Shown here: piece after piece, positions 49,050-64,000 of the stretch
Layout: each line of letters starts with the position of its first letter
Position numbering within the stretch: position 1 is the first letter of the stretch
Source: Tubiluchus corallicola
Lineage: Eukaryota; Animalia; Priapulida
Direction: 5' to 3'
NCBI GenBank assembly: GCA_030141605.1
Contig: JAQGDQ010000108.1
Location: 62,001 to 126,000 of the forward strand
DNA: 64,000 nt
Position numbers and translations under genes: made by a program
Notes under the pieces: generated by a model
The model's database searches: none
Seen by the model: only the letters and a program-made list of their open reading frames with translations
Told to the model about the DNA's origin: nothing

Positions 49050-49195
49050 CGCGGGCCTATAAACTTGCGACTCACTGATGGGTTGATTATATGCAGAGAG
49101 TGTGTGCTGGCTGTTATTAACAATTTCTCCGTGTCGTCGTTACATCCATTAAAAGTGGAACGCATAATTACGGACTATCGGCCACAGTAAAGCAG
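49050..49195 (+). promoter_or_regulatory. Candidate TATA promoter and non-coding first exon of the ankyrin gene
   Basis: gcgggccTATAAA at about 49058, a CpG-richer stretch upstream, donor CAG|GTACGT at 49195/6, and an acceptor ttcag at 50015 ahead of the ATG at 50123. Confidence 0.4.
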
Positions 49196-50122
49196 GTACG
49201 TGAATACGCATCATTGTCGTCGTCGCGTTGTCGTCATTGCCGTCTTCGTCACCACCAGTCATATTTTTGTTAGTGGTTTAAAACTCTAGTGGCGTTTAAT
49301 TTCAATTTCATGAAATTCGCGTTGTGCACTATATCTTACTTTTAAGGATAAATTTTACGCATACTGAATAATTATAATAAAGTTTACAATTTTAAAGACG
49401 GTAAATATGATCTACCGTTATTTAACTATGCATTATGTAACAGAACTTACGACTTTCTGTGCACATTCTGTAGTAGTACTGCAGAACGACAAAAATGAAT
49501 GGAATTTGCACAAGTATCATTTCCCTTGAAATATGTTTTGAAATATTTTTTGAAATATATTCGATGAATAATTTCCGATTTTATCGTTCTTGGTAGAATT
49601 TTGGAAAGGGAATAAAGAATAAATTAAAAAGCAAAGAAGAAAGAAAGAAAGAAGGAACGAAAATAGGAAAAAGAAGTATAATATTATGGGTGTTGCAGAT
49701 TCAAATTCTTAATAGTATAGCAAGGATGACATCAGTTTCTTAAATATTTCTTAAATATTCACAAATATTTCATTATTTCATTGTGACAGCTAGTATGCAT
49801 TAGAAACGTTATTTTGTGATGTAAAAATGAAAAAAATCTTGTCAGCTATTTTTCAAACTAGGTGGTATCATTTATTAAGAAATTAGCTACATATTAACAC
49901 CAATATTGCACAGAGATTTTCATGGGTGAAAATTGGCAAATTCCATTTAATTAAAATACTCGCATTTTATTTATATTCCACGAAACTAAATTAATAACAT
50001 GTGTTTCTATTTCAGCAGTAACGTGATTTCCTCAGATGGTATACTAAGAAGCCTTTATTTCAGTGGAAATGTGATTTATTCTGCTCAGAAGGTGTACAGT
50101 AAAGCCTACGTGAAAAGAAGCC

Positions 50123-61437
<11,315 letters not shown>

Positions 61438-64000
61438 GTAAGCACCTTAGAGATAATCTGAACGAGCAGTCACTCGAAGTGCCAAAGAGAACCTTTGCTT
61501 GCTTAAAAACGTGTTAAGCGACATATTAATTTCTGTAAACCAAGCACTGACATTTTACTCTGCTTTTTTGGTTTGCCAGGTTATAACACTTGCAAGTTGC
61601 AAGATAATGCTTTCACTACATTTTTAGTTTTTTTAATATACTTATGACGTCTTCATCAATAACTTTATACATATATCGCAATATCATTGTATGATTATCA
61701 GCGTAATTACTATCATTATAATAGTGTTAGCAGTTGTTGGTTTATACCAGGTTCATGCAGTTTTTCACTATGTGTTATGCTAACTCGCTTTAAATAACAA
61801 CACAGCTAAGCTGTAAAGTACCCTAGTTTGAACTACAATGGCAATAATTTTTTATAATGTACAAATTCGTACCAGTGCAGTACCTAAAAGTAGTGAAAAG
61901 CTATTAATGACAAAGTAAACTATATTTAAGCAATATAACTGAGCGGGGAAACCCCGAGACCACAATGATAGTGCGCTTGCTCATAAAAATACACTGAACT
62001 ACTAATTGTTGTAATATCGTGATAAGATTTCAACACACTAGTAATATTTTCGAGTATTTTTCGTACAGCCGAACGTGCCCGAGGTACTTGGTTGGCCTGG
62101 TTTCGTGTAGGTTTAGTTTGACCTCGTAAGTTGTTTCTTTGTGTCATAGTTAAGCACAAATTTGTCATTGTCGAATAATGGTGCATGTCGTAGATCAGCA
62201 ATAAAGTGAGATAGTTCGTGAACGCACTTGTAACGCAGGTTTTATTACATACAAGTGTGATCTTGCGTATTTATAAACTGATACGTAATTTGAAATAGAA
62301 ATGATGTTATAAAATGCGTAACTCCCGGCGTGTAGATCATGGTCAATTTTGTCAGGTTTGTTTTTTATGTATTTTAAGTTTTGGCCCTTTTAAGCAAGTG
62401 TTAATTTCATTTTTTATGTGATAGAAGTATTTATTGATGTATTATTTTATGTTGTAATCATGATGTAAAAATATGTAACTTTTGAAGAGCATGGGTGTAA
62501 AGCGTCAATGTACATTTGTACTATAGCGTTACCGTTTTGCTTTCATATCAAAATAACCACAGCGAAAGAACAGTTCAGCGTATAATAAGTGTGGAAATGG
62601 AAATTTAGCAAATATTTCTGATTCCGTAGAATCATTCAGCCTCATCAAAATGTTGTTAGACGCAGCATTGTCGTTAACCGTGAAACATCGGGACGACCAT
62701 AGAACATTTTATTAAGTAAACTGTATTTGGGCAAATTATGTACAACTTTGGATTTCTCGGCCTGTCTCAAAAGTAGTTTGAGACAGCAGTGAAACCGTCT
62801 CAAAGATTTTTTGCTATTCTTGCGAGATTTACAGACCTGCCGTTTTCAGGGATTATCACGTAAACAATTCTACGCCATACTAGTAATTAAAAATTATGAT
62901 AGTTTTGTACTAGTGTTTTTCAGAATATCACAGGTTTCATGGATACCGGTTACATTATTTAAAATCATTTCTTTTTTATTTTTTAATATCTTGATGTTGT
63001 GAAGATATTTTTGTTAATAAATTAAGAGTACGTAATTTACACTCACTTTAAATGAATTATTTTTTCCTTAGATAAAAATCCTTAATTGTAGCATAAAACG
63101 AGCATACAAAAAGGCATCCAAACAGACAAAAAACTGCTGACAGATACAGGCATGCGGCAGTTAAACAAACGACAAGACAACTAGAAAGTTAACTAAATAA
63201 GCAACCGAACGAACACGCAGAGAGACGAACAAACAAAAAAACAAGAACTTACAAGTAATTGATAGCAAATTGATCTTGAACAGATTCTTTAGATGCATTA
63301 AGATGACACAAAATGCCAGCAGTACATAAATCAACTTTAGTAAGTATAAATAAATCCGTAGTTACCCAAATCAGCAATCCAAATAGCAGTAACAGAGGGT
63401 GTCACAAATTTACAATAAGTAAGTACTGAGTGTCACAAGCAGTTTTACACATTTTCTGCGAAAAATAAACTAAAATATTATGTAACCTCACGTTTTTTCA
63501 GCTTAGTAAACTCTGAGTAAACAACTTAGAGCCATGATATTGCCTTACATAATGTCAGACATCATCAGACGATGAGGAATAATTTCAAATAATAATTTAA
63601 AATCATGCTAAAACAATAGTTTTATGGTAGTAATGCTACGAGTATAGGAACAGTCACACAGAAAAAATAAACAAAAATAAAAGATGTAAAACAAAACCCA
63701 TCACAAATAATTTACAATGGAAACAATGTAATTAGGAAAAAAGATGTTCTGTGGAGTAGAACCATTATGATTTAAGCCAAATTTGAAAGCTTTACAATCA
63801 AAGCATATTCAAATATGTACCTTTTGTAACCTTATTAAAAGGATAAAAATGTTTGGTTCTGTTAAAATAAAAAATGGTGTCAGTTACTGTCACATGCTTA
63901 GAAAAAACACATTCAAGTTTTAGTTGCGCGTGCTTCCTTTTGTCCTTTTAATTTGCACATCGAAAACTTAAAGAACATTTGGCAACCTCATGCAATGAAA

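Noticed and set aside
63072-63085. Terminal exon of the ankyrin gene
   Set aside because: An acceptor exists but gives only DKNP-stop; not distinguishable from chance.

Overview
AT-rich, intron-containing animal (invertebrate-like) genomic DNA; no prokaryotic operons and no CRISPR array. I reconstructed five spliced protein-coding genes by hand from splice sites and exon phase. (1) The 3' half of a neuron navigator/UNC-53 gene (+, 935-8310). (2) A two-exon cyclase-family (KynB/isatin hydrolase-like) metallohydrolase with a signal peptide and hydrophobic GPI-like tail (-, 12355-13725). (3) An NGF-family neurotrophin precursor (+, 17594-19159) whose pro-region carries a KR-TSNTDHINF-G-KR amidated-peptide-like cassette. 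(4) An intact TTLL4-like ATP-grasp ligase (-, 23984-44046, possible first exon at 44918-44945) that keeps its ATP/Mg motifs but has concerted changes in the glutamate-binding and specificity motifs. (5) An inversin-like ankyrin-repeat gene (+, 50123 to at least 61437). Introns and intergenic DNA hold a Penelope-like GIY-YIG remnant with a minimal hammerhead ribozyme, interrupted by nested DNA transposons, plus LINE fragments, a probable solo LTR, tRNA- and 5S-derived SINE-like pieces, hairpins, a permuted inverted-repeat complex and many microsatellites. All family assignments rest on motif recognition from memory, not database searches.
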